A model generated the notes under the pieces. The model was not told the origin of the DNA, did no database searches, and worked only from the letters and a program-made list of their open reading frames with translations. Below, in pieces: positions 27,031 to 40,400 of a stretch of DNA of 64,000 bases. The stretch spans positions 8,483,625 to 8,547,624 of the forward strand of contig CM082579.2 in the NCBI GenBank assembly GCA_040954595.2. The letters run 5' to 3'. The stretch comes from Balanoglossus misakiensis. Its lineage: Eukaryota > Animalia > Hemichordata. The translations under genes were made by a program, and so were the position numbers. Numbering within the stretch: the stretch's first letter is position 1; each line of letters begins with the position of its first letter.

Positions 27031-27220
27031 GATTGCACGGATCGCTTTTTTTTCGCGCTCACGTTTTTGGAACGGAAGTCGCGTTTAATACGAGCGCGAG
27101 AATCATGTGACAGTCACATGACCACAACCGGGGATCCCCCAAAAGAAAACTGATTCAGCAAAACGAGTGAAGTCGGTAGTGATGAAATGGACGGATGCTG
27201 ACTAATGCCTATTTTGGGTA
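27031..27220. promoter_or_regulatory. Probable CpG-rich bidirectional promoter for ATRX (minus) and the TNFR gene (plus)
   Basis: CpG-dense, contains an ETS-like CGGAAGT. The ATRX 5' end lies on one side and a plus-strand donor GG|GTAAGT at ~27218 (likely a non-coding first exon) on the other. Confidence 0.5.
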
Positions 27221-27454
27221 AGTCTTTTTAACTTACACATGTAATCACAAGACAAATCGCTTTATGTGTGTATAAAATACCACCAGCGCTACTGATCCCC
27301 TATATATATATACAGACACTTTAGCGCCAGTACACAGAAGATAGTAGTACATGTAGTATAGGCGTCGTACGTAAGCCTGACGTACGTTTTGCAAAACTAT
27401 CAAGCTGTCACCTCATGTCATGTACTGTTCTCGGGCTTCTGGTTAGCGATCAAT

Positions 27455-27944
27455 ACACCAGTGAAGAAAATTTTACTTTGGTAACCAATGTCTGCTGCGT
27501 CAACTGTGTCCTGACTTTGACAGCTCGACAGACAACGCTCTGGGACATTTAAAAAGTTAAAACTTCTTCGCGCTATGGTTAACCAATGGGAGAACATGTC
27601 CAGACATGTTTCATTGCATATGCATTTGTCAGACTTCGCATGCAGTACCACGGTGCGGTGTGATTTTACACCGACTGGCAGCTTTCTTTCATAGGTTCTA
27701 TTGTGAAAACACATCACATAGCACAATTTCTCAACATTTCTGTGCAAATTTGCGCTTTCTTTGAAGTAGAAACAGTTGCAAACGTGAACTATTCTCGCGA
27801 TGGCTCGCTCTGTTGTTGCAATCCGTGAATGGATGACGTCATCGATTATCGACTGATGCAACCTTGCAACATCGTGTGTACGTTTCATTTGTCAACACTG
27901 ACATCACAGCAAATCGATTCCAAAATAGACTTCTTTTCTGGTGT
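27455..27944. mobile_element. Old MITE-like element with degenerate ~40-bp inverted repeats
   Basis: ACACCAGTGAAGAAAATTTTACTTTGG... compared with the reverse complement of the right end, ACACCAGAAAAGAAGTCTATTTTGG... Confidence 0.5.
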
Positions 27945-29437
27945 CACTGTTTATTCCAAACAGCTCCTTTTCCAGAGCTACTGAAGTTCAACATATAAAA
28001 CTTGTTACATATATGCACTGTAAATAAATGCAATAGGCACACTCATTTGCATTTTAATGTCACCAGACTATTTGATTTATTGCAACTTTATTGTCATAAT
28101 TGACTAATATTGTCACAACAACTAAAATATAGTTTGGCCTTGACTGTAAGCTTTATACAAATTTAGGTTTAAGCAACATTTTCCAACAGAGGACCATCAA
28201 CTTCCTTGCTGAAAAGTGTGTGTGTGTTGGGGGGGGGGGGGGGGGGAGACAAGAATGATGATGTCGTTTCTATGGTCACTCACATTTGCATATTGCCTGT
28301 ATATTGCCAAGAGACGGGGGGGGGGGGGGGCTGGATAAGAGAGTGGCCTTTGGGCCAACAGGCAATAATAAATCATGGCAATATACAACCCCACCCAGAA
28401 AATACAAATGTTATGCAAATGAGCCAAGATGATGTCATTCTGAGCACCCTCGTTGAGTACTGTACTCACTGGTTACCCATCATGTGGCCTTGACTTGTAT
28501 GTGGATGAAGTGCAGTATTTGAGGCGAAATACCATACCTTTTTTTATATTTATTTGCTCACCCTCCTTTCGTGGCAGGTTATTCTAGGTTGAAACTAGTT
28601 CAACTCTGTGTGTACACAGAATTGTTATTTTTGATTGATCGTATCCTCAGCAAAATAACATCCGGTGTCCCACTTTATTTTCGAAGATGATATCATTTTG
28701 AGAGTGCCGGCACAAAGCCAGCTGTCTCATTGGCACATTCATATGCAAATTAGGCAAGTGTACACGAATTTAAATGATTTTATTCAAAAGAATATACACT
28801 TTGTACAGGTAACACCAAAAACGTTTTCAAATTTGGCGTTGGACGTGACAGTTGATTTGTGGCCTTTCTAGGATTTGAGAAGCCAGAAGAGAATTTGAAC
28901 ATTGTTTTTTTTTTGTGTTTTTTTTGCACAAATGTGATGCAAATACCCAACAATATATGTCGTTACCCGAGTATTGAGATTTTACTATGGTACATAGTCC
29001 AATCAGGGTATGAAGTCATGCAATGAATTTAGAATATGTAAATAATTACACTGTAATACATAGACAAGCTGACTATACTGTTGTACTCAGTCTCACTGTG
29101 TATCAAGCAAAGGCATTTTCCACAGGTGGGCAGTGTGTGTGTTGTGTACGCGTTTTGTGCCATTGATATTTGTTGAGCACACTTCATCACATAACCATCT
29201 GTACTGGTAATCTTCCTTGATTTTTTTTTACTCAAAAATGTAAGTTTCATCATGAACTTGAAGTATCACCAATATATCGTATTTTCAGAGATCTTTCATG
29301 TTTCAGAATTTCTGTTTGTGCTCAACCGTGTGTAGTCATTACATGAGTTCACCACGGTATGCCACGATGATGATCCATATTTTAACACCCAAACTTTTCT
29401 GGTCTGTTCAGATTACATCTAGTGGGCAGATAAAACC

Positions 29438-32400
29438 ATGGCTGGTTTACCAACAAAACTTCTACTTGTACTCATCCTTTTGTCTTCTTTCCCAGCTCAG
29501 GTAAGATATAATTCCATTGTTATTCCTACCATGCTGGGTTTTTGTTTTGCTGTTCATCAATTATTATGTTTGTTAATTTTCAGTTTTTGTTTTCAATTTA
29601 GGCGTATGAGCTGTGTTGTTGTGATTCAGAAAAAAAATGTACATATATGTGTAGGTGAATCCAATGTGTACAAACAGCAGGCTGAGTATATATACACTAA
29701 TACCACCTTTGACATTATTTAGTACATGTATTACTAATGTGCTGCACTGTAACACTTGCATGTTCTGGATCCAAATTTTCTTTAAACACATTCTCATTTC
29801 CCCTACTATATTGTCTCCCCACAACCAGCATGTCTTTCGTCTCTGGAAAGCTTTCGATGGGTCAAAATGAGCACTTGGTATTGTTCCTTCTCTCGTATGT
29901 GATTGAATAGCTTTGGGCTTGCTTGTCAGTTGTATGGTTATAACACTAAATGTCACTCTCTTCACCACAGCTAAAAGTGGACTTGAAACTCAGATAGGGG
30001 CTTGATAAAGTGCGACTGTGTCTACTATGAATCACCAAAGCATTTTGTGTTTTCCCTTGTAGGTGACAGAGCTTCCTTTAAACAACATCAATGCAACAAA
30101 GGAAAACTGTACAGCGGAGAGCGAGTTCTGGGATGAAGAGGATCAGCTCTGCAGATTGTGTTCAACCTGTGGGCCAGGCTATGGACCGTCCGGGGTACGT
30201 ATTATACCGTTAAAATGATTTTTGGTGGAGAAGACTTCATGTGAAACTTTCACAACTAATGTGAAAACTGCGGAATAGAAATCGGTTATCGCTCGCAACT
30301 TCCAGGTGTGTGGACACGGTACAGGGCAGCGATACTCTTGCGAGATTTGCGCATCAGGGACGTTCAGTAACCATTCCAGCACGAAACAGTGCAGACGGTG
30401 CCAACACTGTGAAAACCGAGAAGTGTTGCAGCCGTGCACCACTAAACAGGACACTGTCTGCGGTAAATGCCTATATGGGTGAGTGTCCTTATCCAGATAA
30501 AACTCTTTCAATTATATAATAATTGAATTTAAAAATTAAAAGCTCTGTCTAATTTTGTTGGTGTGGAAAGCCTAGAAATCTCTCCTCCCACCCCCAACCC
30601 CTTTTGATTTTCTTTTTTCTGTTTCTCAATCATTGCCATGTATTTTATAGCTTTGTGATGTTAGAAGGCACCAGTGTTTGTGTTGCATGCTCCACGCTGC
30701 AAGGTCATGATCATCCCGGCTGTCCCGATGATGTCACCACCCCAGGCCCAGATGAGCCTACCACCATTACCACCACCACCCCACAAACACCATCAGCATC
30801 CCAGTCTGAGTCGCCTGACCTGTCTGTCGTTCCATCCTCTGAACCGTCCAACGATCCAAAGGAAGTCCCAGTGCACACTTGGGAGGCTTACAAACGCAGA
30901 ATAGGTATTTCACAGCATGCTAAATAGTGAATCCCTGTAATATGATTGTTCAAGATCGTGTGAGACTGAGAGATGCCAGGCCCTGCAGCATGAATAGTGT
31001 ATCATATTCAGAACATAACCAGTGCACCAAAAAGTGTGCATTTTGAAGTTGTTTTAAACGGGGACTACATTGCACCAGGACCTATTATTTGATATTGTGA
31101 GCCTCGAAGTTCATGTTGTTAAATTTGACACAAATTATTCTTTGAATGCATATTAAGTTTTATATCTCCTTCTGAATTACCGTAACCCTCTCCTTTACTG
31201 TACAGAGAGCTGGAAAACCTTGTGCCTGGTTGTAATTGGTATTTTTGTCGTTTGTGCACTGGTGGTAACTGTACTTTATGCCAGATGGCGTATTAGGAAG
31301 AGGGTATCCAGAAACCGGCACAACTCGAATGGTATGGATGTTCTGCTTATCAAGTTCCTTCCCTTACTAAGTACTACATGCACTTTGTTTCAGGAAAAAT
31401 GTAAAATCCAGAAAATGTAACTGTTTGACAAATTCATTGTACACAGCAAAGATCATGGTTCGAACAGGTGGTTTTAGATAGATGTATGACGCACAGCAGA
31501 ATTTTTTTTTTAAAGAAAGGCATCACCCAGTACTACCATTGAGGGCGCACTCACCAATCAAAACTGACTTTATTTCAAAAGACAATAAGAATCGTTTGTT
31601 CATCTTTTCAGGCACTTCTGGTCATAGAATGGAGGAAATTGAATTACCAACTGGTAAGTAAATCCCCAAATTTCACCACCAAGAAGCAAGTTTGTTCCAA
31701 TACTGATCATGCATTTGAAGTAAAGGGAATAGTACATCATGCAGGATATGCAATAAGAAGTAGAAAAATCATGACGTCGTATTCTTTTGACCCAATGGGG
31801 ACTAGGGCATGGATAATGAATTGTTTTCTGTCATTTGCAGTGCGGGTTCTTCCAGGAAGGCAGACTAGACCAAGCGTCCATTTTTCTCCTGATGTAAGGT
31901 AAGGACAACCCAACAATTAATTTTCTTAATGCTGAAAAATGCGGATTCTATGAATATTTATGTACTTCATGACAACATTTCAGAATGACCCAAAAGCACC
32001 TTTATAGCTTATGAACTTCCATTTCTTAAACATGGCGAAAATCGGCCATCTTGAAATTGCGTCGACCGTATGAGATTTTAATCGCTCAACTAGGTAGCAA
32101 AAACCTATTTAAGGTACCGGAAGTGAGAATTTCCATGGCTGACCTGAAGTTATCCTTTTTCACCAGAACAAGGTCTGCAGACAGCGACAACGATCAACTG
32201 TACGACTCTCCGTCGGAAATCGAGCCTCTGCTGCCATCGCAACATCGCAGCAGAAACCCAAGACCCGCATTTCAGCGCTCCTTCTCGGCACCGGCAGGTG
32301 AAAATGAACTCCAGCGTATGAAAGCAGAAAGAGCAGAAAGAGAACGACACAGTACTCTGCACAGGGACAGTGTAAGCACCAATAGTCATATTCCTGTAGT

Positions 32401-33330
32401 GTAAAATCTGTAGGATCTATTTTTCTACCGGTTACCATAAGTTTAAATGGCAGTTTCCGGGTTGTGTTTTCCTGATAACTGATAAAGGGGGTTTTGATAT
32501 GTAAATATAGTTCCCTTGTTTTACACATATTCTTACAAAAGAATTAATTTGTAAAACAGAAAATACAAACTGCATTCTGAACATTCTGCCTCCCCCCCCC
32601 CCAAAAAAAAAAACATCAACAAACCACCCCAGACAGATTATGACTTGATACTATCATTACTATCATAACACAGCCTACAGATATTTCACTAAAATAATCA
32701 TTTAATTTTAATATTATCGATATCCATATCTGGATGATTTTATTAAAAGTCACTGACTCCACTTAATGTTATTTCTTGAACAGAAAAACAAGGAACTGGA
32801 ACGTCTCTGCCGGAAAGCATGTCTGGCAGGAACTGGTAAGCAGAAAGTGTTACTTGGATAGTAACCTTTGTTTCGTTCAAGTGGAATTCAAAATTCATTA
32901 CACTGCATTAGACCAGACCTCAGTAAGAAATATGATCAAATTTGTAAGCATTTTGCAATAGAGTTAAGCAGGCAGGGTGAATGAATGAAACCCTTTTTCT
33001 GATGGGATTTCCTTCTCTGATCTAACAATTCCAGATAAGAAAATCCAGGATTTCAGTTATGTAATGAAAGAGAAGATCGCGGAGGAGTTGGATCCGAAGC
33101 CCGATGATCTGACGCACAAATACTGGTTTCATTTCGGATTACTTTGGGGAATAAGCGAGCAGAAGCTTAAGAACTTTGACAAGAAGACCATGGCCGTCTT
33201 CGACTACATTGGGCCCCGGGGGCACTCCGTTGATGAGCTCGTACGTAAACTCGAAGAAATGGACCACCAAATTCTCTTGAAAGAGGTTTGTGAGCATGTC
33301 ATCCAACTGAGCAAGAAGCCACCAAGTTGA
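29438..33330 (+). CDS. TNF receptor superfamily member with death domain (EDAR/TNFRSF19/27-like)
   Basis: Signal peptide exon 29438-29500. Cys-rich repeat exons ~30063-30194, 30306-30478, 30651-30903 (CSTCGPGYGPSGVCGHG, CEICASGTFS, CRRCQHC, PCTTKQDTVCGKC). Thr/Pro stalk. TM exon ~31207-31331. Small exons ~31612-31653, 31841-31898, 32166-32370, 32784-32834. Death-domain exon 33035-33330 (ELDPKPDD..KYWFHFGLLWGI). Confidence 0.88.
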
Positions 33331-35966
33331 GGAGTTCCTGCTGCAGCGCCCCCACTACTTATCAGGTCATAAGATGGTATTCCTTTGTTTTTATTGCTAT
33401 GGTTGGCCCTTTGATGTAAGGTTGGAAACTTTAGAATTTGCAGACACAATTTTCCTGTGCACGTCTCGTGTCCCCAACAAAGCCTGTGACAACAATAATG
33501 TTGTGCCAAAGTTTGTTGATGAAAGGATGGAACTACCAAAGATGAATGTAGTGATTTCTGAACATCAAGTTGCATATTATGCAATGTAGTTTTTCTAGGA
33601 TGTCAAGAGGCATTTAATCAAAAAGAGGGAACATCATACAATTACTGTACACAGCATTGTCTGTGTACTTCACGTTCTTTCATAGCTTTAGATTTGTATA
33701 TGTAGCTTTATCACCCCGTACAAACAACACTGCCCCAGGTACCACCCTCTAAACCAAATCTACAAAAATCTATATATCTGGATTATTCCCCAATGCAAGT
33801 TTCTAAGCGGAATAAACACTTGGGTATTTTTGGCAATACCATAGGAAAACCAATAAAGCCTGATGAATGTTGATGTTTTTAAAAAAGAAAATTTTATAAA
33901 CATGTAAATTATATTGATATGACTTGACAAAGATGTCACCCTTGCCAGGGGCAAAGTTTCTATTAAAATCCCAAGAATATGAAATTATTTTTGCTAGTCT
34001 ATGCTTACTGCCATGCTGAAGTTAAAAGATGATGAAGTTTATTTTGCTTTAAAGAAAATATTTTTTATAGGTTGTATATTTCCATATTTGGAAGCTTTTA
34101 ATTTGAATTTAGGGTGGCATACGTTTTCTTTGTTTTGTCACAGTTACTAGTATTGATTTTATAGTTTTGTGTGCTGTTTTTGTTGCTAAGCATTATGGCA
34201 AAACTCCCGAAAGGGCTTATCTGCATAGTCAGGTGGCATTCTCTGAATTGCATCATTTGGTCACCCCACCCAAAAAAAAACATTCCCTTACACATTCAGG
34301 GCCTATTATCACCTTGAATCAACCACCTCATACAGCAACATTTTGACTTTCACAATTCCCCATGAAGATAACTGAAATCTAGAATTTGCACGCAGTCAAA
34401 CTGTGTGCTCAAAGATGTCGACTTTGAATATATCTCCTTGCTGTATGAGGTGCAAAATGCAAAATGTCCTTTAGAAGGGCAACCGTCCTGGGGGTTATTT
34501 TGACGGTCGAAACTGTGAAGTTTATATTTTAAGTTTTCAGTCATCCTTTTGTCCATGCAGGTGGACATTAACTCTTTCTTGTGAAGATTTTCCAAAACAA
34601 GGAACCTTTCGTAATTATTTCATTTGCCTTAATTTCATAGGAATTTGTGGATTTCTTTTTTTAAATTGTTAAACTTACTTCTTGGATTACTGAAAAGTTC
34701 ATGATCTTTTCAAACTAATTTCAGTCATGTTGTATTGACTACAAACATACTAATGAATTGAATGCAGAATGATAAGAGAGTTTTTAGTTTCATATGAATT
34801 TCTGCTTATTTCATGATTTTCATTTGTGGTTTATTGATTCTGTATTGCAATTCTTGATATTCATGTTTGCATGTTGATATTTCTGTTGAAAAACATTTTA
34901 AAAATAATTTTATAAAAAAGTAAAAAAGTTAATTTTACTGACTTTATGGAAAATACCTTAATTTGTAAGTTTGGCAATACGGTGAAATGAAGACTTTTGT
35001 TTCAAGAAAAGATTTTCATCACTCAGGCTGAAGTTTATTCAAGACTTAAAAGGCTATTGTCTATTTGTACATGGGCAATTCTTGTTGGGTGCTTGTTGCC
35101 TGGACTTTCTAAAGGGGATGTAGAGTTGAGAAAACTAAAGGATCATGTATGTGAATTGTCACCTGCAATGTTAGAGTTAGAATAAAGTACATCTCTAATC
35201 AGGACTGTTGACTGATAATCAAAAGCATTTTCACCGAAATGTGCAATGGCCATTAGATAGTATACTGAATTTTCAGTCATGAAGAAAACAATTGCAATGG
35301 AACTATTGTTATTAAATGTGAAATGAATTCTAAGTTATACTTGGCTTTCAAGAATGAAGTGGACACATTCTTTGTTTTGAGTGTCAGGCATATGGTGCTG
35401 TACTTGAAAATTTGTGTTTTTCAGTCTTGTATTTTTTTTACCAAGAATGAACTGAAGAGTATTATGTACAGTTGTGCATGCTTTTCTGAGTAACACTGTT
35501 CCACTTCTCATAAATCTCATACCTTGCAAATTGCATTCATTATTTTCACAGAAAACATAGTGTTAGATTTTATGAGGGCTGGACAGATTTTCTGAACATT
35601 TTTCTTTGGGTTTTTTTGTTTGTTTCATGCGATTATATTTTGATGTAGTTGTAACGCTGTGATAAAAAATATGTTCACTTCACAGGCAAGAAGAATTCTT
35701 TGAAATTGACTGTTTCCTGTCCTAAGTATTAACTTTCCCCAAATGTTTGAATTTATTTCTCTAGCTCTTGTATATACCGTAGAATCGTTGCCAGTTCGTT
35801 TCTGTGGCATTTTTGAAGTTGCTTAATCAAAACCTTTCAGTGCATTTCTTATTACATTTATTTGCATTTTTGATGGTATAGAAAAGTTGGTAGGAATACA
35901 TTACATTGCCCATCCCGTATGCAAATTTCTGTAATTGTCCATTCTCCACGCAGAGACGAGCATGGA

Positions 35967-36047
35967 TAATTTTAACCTAGCTAAGGAGTCTGACTGATTC
36001 TCTTTATCGGCAGACAAAGTGAGACAACCTTAGGTAGGTTAAAACTA
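35967..36047. repeat. Short inverted repeat (20-bp arms, 2 mismatches)
   Basis: TAATTTTAACCTAGCTAAGG / CCTTAGGTAGGTTAAAACTA. Confidence 0.55.
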
Positions 36048-37489
36048 TACTGGTAGTTTTCAATACCATTCCAGTTGCCAGAACGCTGCTTTCTGTAAAT
36101 TGGCAGAGACTTTAACTGTGTACTTATTGCCGATGTTGTCAAATCATGAAACCATTCCATTCATTAATCAGTACTTTTTTCACACACATCAAACAGCACT
36201 GCTCCATCGCATCACACCACCCACTCTAAAACCTATTCCAAACTTACTCCTAACATATTTTTAACAAAATAGAGAAAATAAAGTAATTTTGTATATTGAC
36301 TATACGTTTCTGTGACTATTTTATGTTGAGTGAAATCTTGCCTCAATGTGGGTTTTGTTTTGTTTTCTGCACCCAAGCTTAAACCATGTCCCACACTTCA
36401 ACAGACAGATACTTGCGGGATTAAAGTCAATTCTAATTTACAGGGCATGTGTAAGACTTTGAATGACCATGCAGGGGGCGCTGTTTGTTTGTTGTTTTTT
36501 GCGTGGCCACATACTGAAAATCTGTAATTGGATGGCAGACTCATGATACTCTAATGATATAGTTGTCAGACGATGCATCGTGGTTATGCACAGCCCCGGT
36601 GCACAGCCCAGCCATGCCAAGAAGTTTGCGTCCACCATTTTTGCTTGTTAAGAACATCGGCTTTTTGGTTATGATGGGAGTCCTGTACAGTCCTGGCAGT
36701 GCGATCATTGAAGTGACGGGAAAATATTTGGCAAAATTTCTCCTTCTCAGATAGAGCCTAGGGGCCTGAACGTGTAAATTTGGGAAAACGTCGGCGCTTG
36801 CCCAAGCACCCGCCCTGATAAGTGCGAAAATAGCTCTGGCAGTATAAGCTACTTGCTGACGTCATGGCAGATTGGCCGAAATACACAGTGATGAAAGATG
36901 CGACTTAAATGTTTTTGTTCGCCAAGGAAGAATTATATTTCTTAGTACCGTTGAGAAGGCATAATGCTTTCGACGGATTGGACGCGCATTGTCTTACACT
37001 TAGCTAATAGCTGCTCATTCAACAGCACGTGGTATACATGTACACAGTGCCCAAAACAAATAGGAACGTAAAGCGCCATTTTTGCATTTCACATTTTATT
37101 GCTTTGCTGATTAATCTGTGTATAGCTACATTAGTGATATAGGCTGTGGTATCCTTAGAGGCATATTAGCTGTAACGTTTACTGTTGTTTTTTTCGTCAT
37201 TTTCCTTTCACTATTATTTGTCTCGGTATTTTCTTGGCCTTGTTGTTGTTGACAGAATTCAACCTAAAGCTTTGAATTCCTTGTTTAGTAACAACAATAC
37301 TGAGTGTGTACAAATACAGGTTGTGATAAGGTGAATATTGGCTATATCAGCATGATGGCAGTGACGTCAGTGGACAAAAATAAAAAAGACTCAAAACGAG
37401 CAGAAGTTACAGCAAAAATAAGCTCTAAAAGAACAAGAACGGACTATACTTTTGATGCCGTTTCGTAGTGCGTGCGTCGTGCGTAGTTT

Positions 37490-40400
37490 CTAACAAAATC
37501 CGGGACTCCAGAATCCGCCGTAGAGTTGTGGATCGCAGGCTGGGTCATCCTCTGTCCAGATCGGTGGTATGGAGATTGCGCGGTATGCCTCCAACTTGTC
37601 GTGCAGGTAAGACACCATAACGGGATTCTCGTCGGCCAAGTTGTGTTCTTCGAAAGGGTCGTCTGATAAAAAAAAACAATAAATAACAGCATAAGGAGTG
37701 TGCAACAAACGAGCAAGAGGGAAAGACAGAAAACTTTCCAGGCTTGTTGGTTTCCATACAAGATGCCCCCCCCCCCGTTTGCCGTCTTTTTAAAATCCAA
37801 AATGACGTCAAGAGTTAGCGGACGTGTATAAACGTCGACGGTTTACCTACCTCGCAGATTGAAAAGCCATGTAGTGGTATTCAAAACATACGGGCCTTCT
37901 ATGACATCTGCACCATGGTAAGGTGGTTTGTACCAATCGACTGAAAGACAACGACATGTCACACTATTAGCATCCGTGGGGGGGGGGGGGTACATGGTTC
38001 GTCTGGTGGTGGTGGTGGTGGTGGTGGTGTATTTGCCAAATTTTGGGAAGACTTACACCGCAGGTACTGTGGTTAAACTTTTCTTTGAGGATGCTCAGTC
38101 TGTAACTTGAGGTACAGACGTTTAGTAAACCTCGGGGGGGGGGGGGGGGCTGCCAAGTGAGCGTAGAATAACGTGGAAATCACGCGAGGGCGGCCGGGAT
38201 AACGACCCTCGGGCACTCGGGTCTATTTTGATCCCCAAACAGCAGCTGCAACCAAAACCAGTCCATAAGATCAATGTAGCCAAGGGTGTGTGTGGGGGGG
38301 GGGGTATACATACAGAAGTGCCATGGTCCCACATCTGCGAAGACTGGGATGCCCTCAATCAACTTCCAGTCGCGGTACCTGTTGATGAAACACACACACA
38401 CACACACCAGTTTCATTAAGTTGCGCAGCTTGGCACTATCATAATAGCTATTTGGCTTTAGGTAAACGACAAGTCTACCGCCGGGGAGACGTGCAGGAAT
38501 GTGTTGCCTTTAATAAACCCCGTTCGTCTACAAGACTGTGGGTGTATTTCCACGTTTCGTGTCCGTGTGGTGTTGAAACTGCGGATACGATATCTGCGAC
38601 AGGTCGTGCATCCTCCCTACCGCCACAGGTGCCCGACAATGTCGCACGACCTCTGTAGTATACTGTACCCTACAGAGACTGCTCTACACCCACACTTCAG
38701 GTACCTGTGCCGTATGCGGTAACGCACAGTAGAGGCCAACCTCTATGTGCAATTGTGCGATAAGCGGGATACTAATGAATACCAAAATAACACTATTACA
38801 GTGATGATGGTGGTGGTGGTGGTGGTGGTGGTGGTGGTGGTGACGATACCTGACAGCGGCAACCATGGCATCTTCTGGGATATCTTCATCAACTACGATG
38901 AGAAATTCTTCGCGCGGAGACTGGCTACCCGTAGACAGAGATTCCCAGATATTGATGCCATCAATGTCGTCTAATAAATAAAAATCAGAACAAAAGGGGA
39001 CATGTTGTTCAAGGGTGCGCACGCGCTAATTAAGACACGTCACCAGAGATGGCGTAGAATTCAGGTGATAACATAACTCTGGAAACAGAAAGTCAACGGA
39101 GAAATAAAAACCGTCCAACTCACAGTCGACGTCTATTGTGCCTTGAGCGACAGACTCAACAAGAGTAGTGAACATGTCGGTCACGTGATACAGTCTACAC
39201 AATGAAGAGGGGAAAATCGATACCGTTAATTCCATTGAATATTACAACGAATGATATGAAGATCGTGCCACAGACTCTTGATTTTTTAAAAGGAGTGGAA
39301 TTCAATATTTTCATTGCATTCTTTAAAACATTTAAAAGAATTCAATAAAGACTTGCTTTAACATTGAGAATAAAAATCGGGTGTCACTGTGCGAAATATT
39401 GACTGGGAAGGAGAGAGCAAAATTGTCTCAAATTTGGAATTCAAAATGGCCGCCAATCTCTATGTTAACTCTGTAGAGAGAAAACATGGAGAAGTGCTTT
39501 TTATGTAAACGAGACGGTGAACACCGTGTTTTCTTCTATGGTTTCGAAAAGACTCCTCAGCACACTTGAACATATCAACGAATTGAAATGTTTGAAGAAC
39601 TATCATTTTTCTGAAAAAAATCTGTCGCCAAGATGCGTACTACCTTTTAAAAAGGGAGCAATTTCACAAGCGTTCTGTGAGAAATTCGAACGCCCTTACT
39701 CATGATTGACGTAACCGGTCTTCTTGATCCCTTTCCCGGCAATGAAGCCGGCTCCCTTGATGCCTCCTTCGAAGTAAGAGCCCTTGTTTCCCCTGTAGGG
39801 CCAGTTACTGGCAGCGAATCGAACGTCGCCTCCATGCTGTCAAGACACGACAAGCGAGACACGTCAAAGGGACGACAATTGCAACTGTCCATTTTTTCTC
39901 CTCATCTGGCGCCCTTTTCTGCATAATCGATACACTTTAACATATACAAATGTACATTCTGTTTTATGGCCATGAATGTGCCATATAATTTTACTCTAAC
40001 ATTTTAGGCTCCGATATGTAATTATGCCGCCAACGTTCGAACGAACAGACATGGCGGAAATTTAAGCTATCCCCAATCCCCCACAGCACCTGGGCACAAA
40101 ATTAGACGCGGGGCGATAAACTCAGTGTACTAGTAAATAGCACATTCTGTTTTATGGCCGTAAATACACATACACAATGTGCTTTATAGTTATGAAGTAA
40201 CTATTCTCTTCGGAGTACTTACATCTGAGTGGAAAATGACCAAGGTGTCCTCGAACATTCCTCTCTGTTCCAGCTTAGCGCGAATTTCGCCCACCATGTG
40301 GTCCATCACTGTAACTTGTCCTGCGAACAAAAGCCAGGATGTTAAATCGAGTCCACTTCCCGGTTAGTCCTACACTTCTATATACCTCCACTCGGCGAAA

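Noticed and set aside
27418-27888. 156-aa minus-strand ORF
   Set aside because: No recognisable motif; it lies within a degenerate inverted-repeat element.
38684-38849. Poly-His peptide in the ORF track
   Set aside because: Intronic (GGT)n microsatellite read through a splice donor.
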